DNA of 22,188 nucleotides, from contig CATMOE010000059.1 in NCBI GenBank assembly GCA_950072105.1, positions 1 through 22,188 on the forward strand, given 5' to 3'. Below are positions 1 through 7,914 of the stretch, in pieces. The translations under genes and the position numbers were made by a program. The notes under the pieces were generated by a model. The model saw nothing but the letters and a program-made list of their open reading frames with translations, did not search any database and was not told the DNA's origin. Source of the DNA: an uncultured Dehalococcoidia bacterium (GTDB lineage: Bacteria > Chloroflexota > Dehalococcoidia > Lucifugimonadales > UBA3495). Position 1 is the stretch's first letter; each line of letters starts with the position of its first letter.

Positions 1-30
1 CCAGGAGTCCAAACCCACCACCACTCTCAT
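1..30 (-). CDS. 5' end of a gene running off the left edge (MRVVVGLDSW...), product unknown
   Basis: Reverse strand reads GGGGAGAAAAAC-ATG (SD-like) followed by 10 open codons to the window edge; divergent from the LLM gene. Confidence 0.6.
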   Translation of the reverse strand, partial: MRVVVGLDSW

Positions 31-324
31 GTTTTTCTCCCCTTAAAAGTGTCCCATTATCGCTGAACGCCTACAGAATGCCTGGATATGGGGAGCCATA
101 TTAGCTCTGGGAGGATTCCCGATGGTGGGATTCTTCTGTCTTGGCGCTGCGATGGCAGGATCGCTGGTAGTGATGCTAAAAGTACGAGACCCAGTGAAAT
201 CCGTTGAGGGCATGGCGATGGGTGAGAGTGGAACTAGCTGATGTGGTAGAATCCGCCCGCATTGATTTGGGAAACCCTGACGGCATCCTCGTTCTCCGAA
301 CCGCTAAATAAGGAACCAAAATAG

Positions 325-1389
325 ATGGCCTCCATTGAAACGGGCATTCAATTTCACCTGCCAACCTACGCCCACGTTTCGCTTCCCGAGCTTATCGATC
401 TGGGGAAAGTGGCCAAAGCCGCCGGTGTGAAACAACTCTGGGTTACCGACAATCTGCGAAGCCGCAACGCTTTCGTGGTCCTGGCCGCCATGGCCTCTAA
501 CATCGCCATCAATCTAGGCACAGCGGTTACCGTCCAATATTTTCGCAACCCGGTGGACGTGGCCGACTCGGTCGCGGCTATCAGCGAAATAATGGACGGG
601 GATGAGTTGAGCATAGGCATCGCCAGAGGGAACGGGAACACTCCGAATTTCGTCAAGACGCCCAAGCCCCTCACCATGGCACGGGAGATGGCCCAGAGCC
701 TGAAACTCCTGCTGGCCGGGGAAGCGGTGTGTTTCGCCGACTATCCGGCATTGGCCGACTACTTCAACTTCAATCCCACCGCGTCGTTCCGTCTGAACTT
801 TACTCCCAAGACGCCGATCCACCTGTATTGCGGAGGAAACGGACCCTTGGGTCTGGCCGTGGGCGGGGAATCCATGGACGGCCTCATCGTGGGCGGCGAG
901 TTCAAAGCCATTGCCGGGGCGGGACATTTACCGGCCGTCTTAAGTAGATTCGAAGAGGGGGCCACCAAGGCAGGCAAGAGTTCAAGCTATCCCAAGATAG
1001 CTGAGATAAAGCTTTCGGTATCAAGGGACAAAGAGGCCGCCCGGGCGTTCGCCAGACCCACCGCCGGCCGCAGATTGTTGAACCTGAGCCGGCGAGGCTA
1101 CGGGCCGGAGGACATCCTGGCCTTAGGCGTGGCGCCGGAAGACGTGGCCCGCTTGGACGAAGCCGAGCGCCAGGGAGCAACCGAGGAGCGGTTCACTGCG
1201 TTGGTCACGGATGCGATGTTAGACGCGGTATTCGTCGCCGGGGAGCTGGAGCACTGCCGAGACCGAATGATTGAGCTCCGAGATACGGCTGAAGAGTACG
1301 GATTCAAGCAGTTGATGTACTCCGAATTAGGTCCCAATGTGGAAGAAAGCCTACGGCTATTGTGTGATGAGATAGTGCCGGCTCTGTGA
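325..1389 (+). CDS. LLM-class (luciferase-like) flavin-dependent oxidoreductase, Mer-like
   Basis: 354 aa; 'LWVTD', 'LGTAVT...RNP', 'GIARG', 'PIHLYCGGNGP', 'DGLI' motifs typical of the LLM TIM barrel; AAGGA upstream. Confidence 0.88.
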   Translation: MASIETGIQFHLPTYAHVSLPELIDLGKVAKAAGVKQLWVTDNLRSRNAFVVLAAMASNIAINLGTAVTVQYFRNPVDVADSVAAISEIMDGDELSIGIARGNGNTPNFVKTPKPLTMAREMAQSLKLLLAGEAVCFADYPALADYFNFNPTASFRLNFTPKTPIHLYCGGNGPLGLAVGGESMDGLIVGGEFKAIAGAGHLPAVLSRFEEGATKAGKSSSYPKIAEIKLSVSRDKEAARAFARPTAGRRLLNLSRRGYGPEDILALGVAPEDVARLDEAERQGATEERFTALVTDAMLDAVFVAGELEHCRDRMIELRDTAEEYGFKQLMYSELGPNVEESLRLLCDEIVPAL

Positions 1390-1480
1390 TTGCACCTTGG
1401 ATATTAGCCTTGCCGGTTGCATTCCCGGCGGGTTCCCTGAGAAACTAACAACGATTTAATTGATGAGGAGGGAAGTTCCC

Positions 1481-3178
1481 TTGACGCAAGCGAAAGACGG
1501 TGGAGAAGCGATTCTGGAGGCGTTCCGGAATCTGGATATAGACTACATCATCGCCTCGCCAGGCTCTGAGTGGGCCCCAGTATGGGAAGCCCTGGCCCGG
1601 CAACGAATCAACGAATCCGACGGCCCAACATACATCAACTGCTGGCATGAAACCCTGGCCGTGGACATGGCCCTCGGCTACACCAGGGTGACCGGCAGGA
1701 TGCAGGCGGTGCTGCTTCATGCAGGTGTGGGTCTGCTGCAGGGCAGCATCGGCATCCACAGTGCCACATTGGGCGAGGTACCCATGCTGATTTGCTCCGG
1801 TGAAGCGAACAGCTACGGGGAAAATCCAGAAATGGACCCCCAAGCCCAATGGTATCGCAATCTAAGCGTGGTCGGCGGCCCGAACAAGTTCGTCGATACC
1901 TTCACCAAGTGGAGCGGCCAAGCCACCAGCCCTTACACGCTCTATGAGCAGTTGGTTCGCGCCGGCGAGATGGCTCAAAGAGTGCCCCAGGGTCCAACCT
2001 ACCTGGATGTGCCCATCGAGACGATGATTCACGACTGGACACCACCGGCCAAGATTCGCAAGGTACCGCGAGCACCAAAGAATCAACCGACGCCCGATTC
2101 TATCAGCAACCTTGCCGAGTTGCTGTCCAACAGCAAAAATCCCCTGATCATAACCGAGTCGGCCGGAAGGACGCCTGAGGGCTTCGCTAGCCTAGTCAAG
2201 CTTTGCGACATGCTGGCCATCCCGGTGGTAGAGAGCGCGGCAGTATACTCCAACTTCCCCAAGAGCCACCCGATGCACATGGGGTTCAATCCGCGGCCCT
2301 ACATGAATGAGGCAGACTTGGTTCTGGTTATCGCCAGCCGGTCTCCTTGGTATCCACCTTACCAGGGTCCGAGCAATGCCACTGTTGTCGTGATGGGCGA
2401 TACCACGCTGAAAGGACACATGGTCTACCAGAATCTGATGGCGGACCACTACGTGGAAGGGGATTTGCCCATCGGCCTGGAGCTGCTGTTAGATGCGTTG
2501 CAGTCCAGCGGTGCGGGAAATACCAGCAAGATCGCAGAGCGGCGGAGCCGTTGGGAAGCCGAGCACAACAAGATAACCGAAAGCATCCAGGCGGAGCAGG
2601 CGGCAGCAAAAACAAAATCTCCCATAGACCCGGTGTGGCTCTGCGCCGCATTGAACGAGGTTATGCCCAAAGACGTCATATACTCGGAAGAGACTACCTC
2701 CCACCGGGTCGCAATCACCCGCCACGTTAACTGGGAAGATCCCCATGCCTACCTCCATCCCAGCGGAGGTCTGGGCCAAGGGCTGGGTTTGGCGTTGGGA
2801 GCGAAGCTGGCCAGACCCAATCAACCGGTGGTAGCTCTGATGGGTGACGGCGGCTTCCTCTACAACCCGGTAACCCAGAGTTTCGGCGTCGCCTGCGAAG
2901 CCAAATTGCCCTTTATGACCGTGATTTTCAACAACGGCAACTACGAAGCCATGCGCGGCAACCACCTGCATTACTACCCGAATGGCGACGCGGCAAACTC
3001 GGACATCTGGCATGGCGTCCATATTCCCGGACCCGAATACGCCAAGCTGGTGGAACCCTTTGGCGGATACGGCGAGCGGGTGGAAGACCCAGCAAAACTG
3101 ACGCAGGCTCTGCAGAACGGATTGGACGCGGTACGGCAAGGGCGAATCTCAATCATCGATGTCGTTCTTTCCATTTAA
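1481..3178 (+). CDS. Thiamine diphosphate-dependent enzyme (acetolactate synthase/benzoylformate decarboxylase-like family)
   Basis: N-terminal 'PGSE' and 'HE' catalytic Glu region; C-terminal 'GDGGFLY...FNNGNY' ThDP-binding motif. Start moved to TTG 1481 because GAGGAGG lies about 9 nt upstream. Confidence 0.9.
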   Translation: MTQAKDGGEAILEAFRNLDIDYIIASPGSEWAPVWEALARQRINESDGPTYINCWHETLAVDMALGYTRVTGRMQAVLLHAGVGLLQGSIGIHSATLGEVPMLICSGEANSYGENPEMDPQAQWYRNLSVVGGPNKFVDTFTKWSGQATSPYTLYEQLVRAGEMAQRVPQGPTYLDVPIETMIHDWTPPAKIRKVPRAPKNQPTPDSISNLAELLSNSKNPLIITESAGRTPEGFASLVKLCDMLAIPVVESAAVYSNFPKSHPMHMGFNPRPYMNEADLVLVIASRSPWYPPYQGPSNATVVVMGDTTLKGHMVYQNLMADHYVEGDLPIGLELLLDALQSSGAGNTSKIAERRSRWEAEHNKITESIQAEQAAAKTKSPIDPVWLCAALNEVMPKDVIYSEETTSHRVAITRHVNWEDPHAYLHPSGGLGQGLGLALGAKLARPNQPVVALMGDGGFLYNPVTQSFGVACEAKLPFMTVIFNNGNYEAMRGNHLHYYPNGDAANSDIWHGVHIPGPEYAKLVEPFGGYGERVEDPAKLTQALQNGLDAVRQGRISIIDVVLSI

Positions 3179-3232
3179 ATATCATCGCATGACGGTTTCT
3201 GTGAAATCGTTGGCGGTTTTCCGGGTTTTCCC

Positions 3233-3261
3233 TTGCGGCCCTCGTAACCTGGGGCTATCAT
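3233..3261 (+). promoter_or_regulatory. Sigma70-type promoter, probably giving a leaderless DUF3090 mRNA
   Basis: TTGCGG(3233-38)-17 bp-TATCAT(3256-61); ATG follows 7 nt later with no SD. Confidence 0.6.
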
Positions 3262-3268
3262 AGACGCC

Positions 3269-3799
3269 ATGGAGCAGCCAGAAGTCAAATATACTTTGGG
3301 TCCGCTGTCTCTCATCGAGCCCAACACCTTCGGAGAGCCGGGACAGCGCACCTTTAACTTGGTGTTGGAGTCCGGTGAAGCTCGATGCACTGTCTGGCTG
3401 GAGAAAGAGCAGCTTTATCAACTGGGCGTCTATCTTCATGAAGCGGTGGAGTCTCTTTCCAGCGAAGACAAAGCCCGGCCCACTCAAGAAAAGGAACCGG
3501 CATGGTCCGGGGAGGGGATCTCCCTGGATTTCAAAGTGGGCCAGGTGATGTTGAACTACGACCAAGACAGCAACTCTTTTCGGATGCTGGCTTATGAGCG
3601 GGAAGAAGAAGAGGCCACCCAGGAAACCTCCTCAGTGAGTTTCTGGATCAGCGTACCTCAAGCCGTAACAGTCGCCGATGAAGCCTTACGGATATGCGCC
3701 GCCGGTCGCGCCCGTTGCTTCTTGTGCGGACTACCGATCAACCCCGATGGACATATCTGTCCCAGGGCCAACGGCCACACCGTTTTGGAGGCCGGTTGA
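3269..3799 (+). CDS. DUF3090 family protein with C-terminal zinc-binding motif
   Basis: 'GEPGQRTF', 'LEKEQL', C-terminal 'AAGRARCFLCGLPINPDGHICPRANGH'; adjacent to an SCO1664-family gene as is usual. Confidence 0.88.
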   Translation: MEQPEVKYTLGPLSLIEPNTFGEPGQRTFNLVLESGEARCTVWLEKEQLYQLGVYLHEAVESLSSEDKARPTQEKEPAWSGEGISLDFKVGQVMLNYDQDSNSFRMLAYEREEEEATQETSSVSFWISVPQAVTVADEALRICAAGRARCFLCGLPINPDGHICPRANGHTVLEAG

Positions 3800-4539
3800 C
3801 CCAAGGAGCAATAGCGATAGGGGTCCCGTTGAACCTAGAACAGTCTACTTTAGACCTCATTAATAATGGCGAAATCGTTTCTTGCCAGCTCACTCCCGCT
3901 GGTTCTAACTACACTTTCCTCGCCCAACTCCAACTGGGCGACCGGCAAGGACTGGCGATCTACAAGCCCAGAGACGGTGAGTCGCCCTTATGGGATTTCC
4001 CCAGCGGCACCCTCTACAAACGGGAGTACGCCGCCTTCCTGCTCTGCGAAATCTTGGGGTGGGACTTCATACCCTACACCACCATACGCGACGGTCCTTA
4101 CGGCATCGGCACGGTTCAGCACTACGTCGATCACGACCCCAAGCAGAACTACTACAGCCTCACCGAAGATAAATCGAACGAACTGAGGAAGATTGCGTGC
4201 TTCGATCTGGTGGCCAATAGCACCGACCGGAAACCGAACCACTTGCTGGTGGACGCCGCCAACAAGCTGTGGAGCATCGACCACGGTCTGACTTTCCACT
4301 CAGATACGAAGATCCGCACGGTCATTTGGGACTTCGGTGGGAAACGCATCGCCAAATCCCACTTGAACGCAGTGCGCAATCTGGCCAGACAACTGGAATC
4401 CCCCGAGGGCCGCGTTCAAGAGTTGGTCGATCAGTTGTACCCTGACGAGGTAACGTCCCTGCAACGCCGTATCGAGTGGGTGTTGGACGAGGGGAAATAC
4501 CCGGGCCTGCCCGGCCGAGCCCGGCGAAGACGGGATTAG
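3796..4539 (+). CDS. SCO1664-family protein (PI3/PI4-kinase-like fold)
   Basis: 'GSNYTFL', 'AIYKP..GE.PLWDFP.GTL..RE.AA', 'DRK..H', 'IDHGLTF'. Start placed at TTG 3796, overlapping the DUF3090 stop (TTGA), with GGAGG upstream. Confidence 0.88.
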   Translation: MTQGAIAIGVPLNLEQSTLDLINNGEIVSCQLTPAGSNYTFLAQLQLGDRQGLAIYKPRDGESPLWDFPSGTLYKREYAAFLLCEILGWDFIPYTTIRDGPYGIGTVQHYVDHDPKQNYYSLTEDKSNELRKIACFDLVANSTDRKPNHLLVDAANKLWSIDHGLTFHSDTKIRTVIWDFGGKRIAKSHLNAVRNLARQLESPEGRVQELVDQLYPDEVTSLQRRIEWVLDEGKYPGLPGRARRRRD

Positions 4540-4602
4540 CCATCATAAGGCGCCGGTCAACGTCGCTTCGCCAACCCTCCAGGTGACCGCTCAGTTACTC
4601 AC

Positions 4603-4698
4603 TCGTCATTTCAGCGAAAATAGCAACGCCAACCTTAGGCCGCACACTTCGTCATTCCGACACCAGCCCTTTCGCTGAAGGGCGGCGAGGAATCTCAG
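4603..4698 (+). repeat. Dispersed repeat, copy 1 (inverted partner at 11598-11681)
   Basis: Shares the blocks TCGTCATT, CGAAAATAG, GCCAACCTT, CCGCACACTTCGTCATTCCG and GGCGGCGAGGAATCTCAG with the reverse complement of 11598-11681. Confidence 0.9.
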
Positions 4699-4942
4699 TT
4701 GACCGCTACAACCAGGCATGAGACTCCTCTCCTTCCGCCGAAGGATCGGAGTGACACGAATCGCCCATGTGGGCTGTGGTGCTGGTGCCAACCAGCATGA
4801 ATGATTCTGATAGAAGCGAAGAATCTACTCACAACAGGGAGATTCTTTCGTCGTTTCACTCCTCAGAATGACGGGTTCATTGTGTTTACATTGAACTTGA
4901 TGCCGCGGACGCGCTTGGACACCGGCCTACGCCGGTGTGACG
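4651..4942. repeat. Cluster of REP/REPIN-like palindromic units between convergent genes
   Basis: GTCATTCCGA(4651)/TCGGAGTGAC(4755) with inner GAGGAATCTCA/TGAGACTCCTC; ATTCTGA(4804)/TCAGAAT(4869) with inner AAGAATCT/AGATTCTT; ACACCGGC-CTAC-GCCGGTGT(4919-4938). Confidence 0.75.
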
Positions 4943-5004
4943 ATTCAATTCCCTATTCAATGCTAAGGGAAATGATGCGCTGCCAAGTTCCGGACCGAAG
5001 ATAT

Positions 5005-6198
5005 TTAAGCTAGGTATTGGCGGCGGGCTTCGGCCATCGCCTGCTGGTAAACATCTTGCAGCGATATCCCAGACTCCAGAGCGATCTTTCGGCAATCTTC
5101 GTACTCCGGAGAGGCGCTGACGGCCTTCCCGCCAAGGTACTTCACCTTGACACCGATGACACCCAGAACGCTTTCCATGGATTCGATATGTCTCTCGGCC
5201 ACATATCGCTCTACGGGCCTGGTTCTAACGCCGAGCGTGGTGGTTTCTCGCAGTATCAGCTCGAAGGCCGCGGTCTCCAACTCCTGAGGCACCATCGCGG
5301 ATAGCATCACACCGGGACGGTTTTTCTTCATCTGGATGGGCGTATACCATACGTCCAGGGCGCCCAGGGCAAATAACTGTTCTTGGGCGTAACCCACAAG
5401 TTCCCCAGATACATCGTCCAAGTTGGTCTCAAGCAGAATGATTCCCCCCTGCCGTCCGGCAAGAGACTGCTCCGCTGTTTCGCCCAGCCAAACCCTGATA
5501 GCGTTGGGAAAACCCTCCGGGTCTTTGGTCCCTAGCCCCACACCAACACCGGTGACCGAGAAGGCGGGCCGTTGAAACTCGGCCAAGGTAGTGATCAACG
5601 AGGCCCCCGTGGGCGTCGTCAACTCTCCGGCTCCTTGGTGAAGCGGCAGGTCCGCTACCACTGGGGCGGCCGACATTGCCACCAGTTCCAGTGTGGCCGG
5701 GGCCGGGTTGGAGTACCCGCCGGCCCAGCGGGGAGGCGTCGATTCGCCCAGCACCAAGGGCGCGGCATAGACCCGCTCCACCCCCAACTGTTCCAACCCG
5801 GAAACCACGCCCACCACGTCAACCAGGGTGTCGACGCTGCCCAACTCTTCTAGCTCCAGTACTTCCTCGGATTCTCCATGAACGCGGCATTCGGCGCGCC
5901 ACAGGGCTGATAGCACCTCTCCGGAGCGGGTTTTTACACCCTCGGAAAGGCGGCTATTAATTACCGTGTCCAACAAGAAGCGGGGAGTGTAGCGCGTGGG
6001 GTCCTGGATCTTAACGTTGAGTTTAGTGCCCCGCATCTCACAGCGGGTGTCCTGAGTTACCTGCAACTCATAGCCTGATATGTCCAGTTTGTTCAGGTCG
6101 CTTTGCAGGGTTTCCAAAGATAGCCCCAGATCCAGCAGGGCCCCCAACAGCATGTCGCCGCTAGCTCCACCGATCGACTGGATATACGCTATCCGCAA
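5005..6198 (-). CDS. larC: LarC-family (DUF111) nickel pincer cofactor biosynthesis protein, divergent
   Basis: 'GASGDMLLGALLDLG', 'PAPAT', 'GELTTPTGA', 'LETNLDD', 'GALDV..TPIQMKKNRPG', 'ETTTLGVR', 'PEYEDC'; single unshifted ORF. Confidence 0.88.
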   Translation of the reverse strand: MRIAYIQSIGGASGDMLLGALLDLGLSLETLQSDLNKLDISGYELQVTQDTRCEMRGTKLNVKIQDPTRYTPRFLLDTVINSRLSEGVKTRSGEVLSALWRAECRVHGESEEVLELEELGSVDTLVDVVGVVSGLEQLGVERVYAAPLVLGESTPPRWAGGYSNPAPATLELVAMSAAPVVADLPLHQGAGELTTPTGASLITTLAEFQRPAFSVTGVGVGLGTKDPEGFPNAIRVWLGETAEQSLAGRQGGIILLETNLDDVSGELVGYAQEQLFALGALDVWYTPIQMKKNRPGVMLSAMVPQELETAAFELILRETTTLGVRTRPVERYVAERHIESMESVLGVIGVKVKYLGGKAVSASPEYEDCRKIALESGISLQDVYQQAMAEARRQYLA

Positions 6199-6248
6199 GG
6201 GGCACCTCTCTCAGAGCCACGCCCATCCGCATTCGGGCGCATAGCATT

Positions 6249-6258
6249 ATTGTACAAT
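6249..6258. promoter_or_regulatory. Palindrome ATTGTACAAT giving a TACAAT -10 box on both strands between divergent larC and VOC genes
   Basis: Perfect 10-bp palindrome near the middle of a 103-bp divergent spacer. Confidence 0.45.
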
Positions 6259-6301
6259 CTAAGCCGCTCGATGCGAAGGCAAACCGGGAGGTCAAGGCAA
6301 C

Positions 6302-6661
6302 GTGACGGTCCAGAACATAAGCGCGGTGACATTAGCGGTGAAAGACATGGCCCGGGCGGTCGACTTTTACCAAGTCAAAGTTGGGCTAGAGCTTCTCTAC
6401 GGCGGGTCAACGGCGGCATTCACCAGCTTCAAGGTGGGGCCAGGTTACTTGAATCTCATCCTGGCAACTGATGGGAACTGGTCATGGTGGGGCCGGCTGA
6501 TTCTTCATGTGGACGACGTGGACGCTCTTTACCATCGCTTGACCGGCGCCGGACTCTCTCCTGACTCGCCCCCGCAAGACGCTAATTGGGGCGAGCGCTA
6601 CTTCCACATAACCGACCCCGACGGCCACGAACTGAGCTTCGCCCGTCGGCTGGAGAGCTAG
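6302..6661 (+). CDS. VOC family (glyoxalase/bleomycin resistance) protein
   Basis: 'VTLAVKDMARAVDFY', 'VDDVDA', 'WGERYFHITDPDGHELSF'; GGGAGG SD. Confidence 0.92.
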   Translation: MTVQNISAVTLAVKDMARAVDFYQVKVGLELLYGGSTAAFTSFKVGPGYLNLILATDGNWSWWGRLILHVDDVDALYHRLTGAGLSPDSPPQDANWGERYFHITDPDGHELSFARRLES

Positions 6662-6670
6662 TTTCTGGGG

Positions 6671-7762
6671 TCAGACGTTGATCAAAAAGTTGATGACGTC
6701 CCCGTCTTTAACCGGATAGGTCTTCCCTTCGGAACGCAGCACCCCTTCCTTCCGCCCTTGGGGGATCCCACCGCAGCGCACCAGGTCGTCGTAAGGTATG
6801 ACTTCGGCGCGGATGAATCCCCGGGTAAAGTCCGAATGCACCGCGCCCGCGGCTTCCTGGGCGGGAAGGTCCGCCGGAATGGTCCAGGCCCGCACTTCGT
6901 CCTCACCCACAGTGAGGAAAGAGATCAATCCCAGCGTCCCATAGCTCACGTTAATCACCTTGAACGTGGCTGGTTCCCCAACGCCCAACTCCTCACGGAA
7001 CAGGGCGTCCTCTTCGTCGGACATCAGGCCCAGGTCCTCTTCCAGCTTGCCGCACAGGCTGACCTCGCCCAATTCTTGGGTTACGGAATCTTCCAGGCCC
7101 AACTGGCTCACCAGCACATCGGGCCCGGACTCATCGGTGTTGAACGCAATGATCACCGGTTTAGCGGTTAGCAATTGGTAGGCCGCCAAGAACTCGGCCT
7201 CCGACGGGGACAGTTCTTGACGGCGCAAAGGAACCCCGGCTTCCAGCGCCGTTTTCGCTTTTTTAACTGCGTCCAAATGACGGCCCATTGCCTGTCTCTC
7301 GGCGGGCTTGGCCTTTTTTACCGCGTCATCTTGCCGCTCGACGGCCCGGTCCATGACTTCCAGATCAGAGAACGCCAACTCGTCCAACATATCCGATACA
7401 TCTCTGCCGGCGTCCACGGTGCCCGTTGGGTTGTGCACCGAAGGGTCGGTGAAAGTTCGGACGACTACCAGAAAGGCGTCGGCGGCTTGCAGGATATTCT
7501 TATGCCTGCCACCGATGCCCTGAGATTTTGTGGCGTCTTCGGCGCCGGGTAGGTCCCAATAGGTGATTTCGGCGTTCACCACCTTTTGGGGATGGTACAT
7601 TTCCTCTAGGATGGCGAGCCTGGGGTCGGGAACCTTGACCACCCCAACATGCATCTCGCCGCCCGTCCCACCGCCTCCGGTAGGCGCCCCGTGGCCCTTG
7701 GTCAGCGCGTTAAACACCGTCGTCTTGCCGCTCTGGGCCAAACCGATTATTGCTACATCCAT
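6671..7762 (-). CDS. ychF: YchF/Ola1-family P-loop NTPase (atypical motifs)
   Basis: 'GLAQSGKTT.FNALT', 'VKVPD.RL', 'DLPG', 'LLTAKP', C-terminal TGS/DUF933 'AAGAVHSDF.RGFIRAEV...EGK.Y.VKDGD'. Confidence 0.9.
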   Translation of the reverse strand: MDVAIIGLAQSGKTTVFNALTKGHGAPTGGGGTGGEMHVGVVKVPDPRLAILEEMYHPQKVVNAEITYWDLPGAEDATKSQGIGGRHKNILQAADAFLVVVRTFTDPSVHNPTGTVDAGRDVSDMLDELAFSDLEVMDRAVERQDDAVKKAKPAERQAMGRHLDAVKKAKTALEAGVPLRRQELSPSEAEFLAAYQLLTAKPVIIAFNTDESGPDVLVSQLGLEDSVTQELGEVSLCGKLEEDLGLMSDEEDALFREELGVGEPATFKVINVSYGTLGLISFLTVGEDEVRAWTIPADLPAQEAAGAVHSDFTRGFIRAEVIPYDDLVRCGGIPQGRKEGVLRSEGKTYPVKDGDVINFLINV

Positions 7763-7768
7763 AGTCGA

Positions 7769-7796
7769 ATTATACCGTCATCCCCCAGCTAGTGAA
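7769..7796 (-). promoter_or_regulatory. Promoter for a probably leaderless ychF
   Basis: Reverse strand TTCACT-16 bp-TATAAT-TCGACT-ATG; no SD. Confidence 0.6.
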
Positions 7797-7914
7797 TTCG
7801 AAATCAGAAGCCGCGTTATCCCTTGCGGCATAGATGTGTTCCCAATCCGTACCCGAATCGGCAAAATTTGAGCCCATTGGCAGGGTTCGGGCAGATGAGC
7901 TATTGGTTAATGTA

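Noticed and set aside
3694..3795. N-terminal extension of the SCO1664-family ORF
   Set aside because: Overlaps the conserved DUF3090 zinc motif; the coupled TTG start at 3796 fits better.
4603..4942. CRISPR array
   Set aside because: No regular direct repeats with unique spacers; units are nested inverted repeats; no cas genes.
5005..6198. Programmed frameshift in larC as in some lactobacilli
   Set aside because: Both domains are in one continuous frame.
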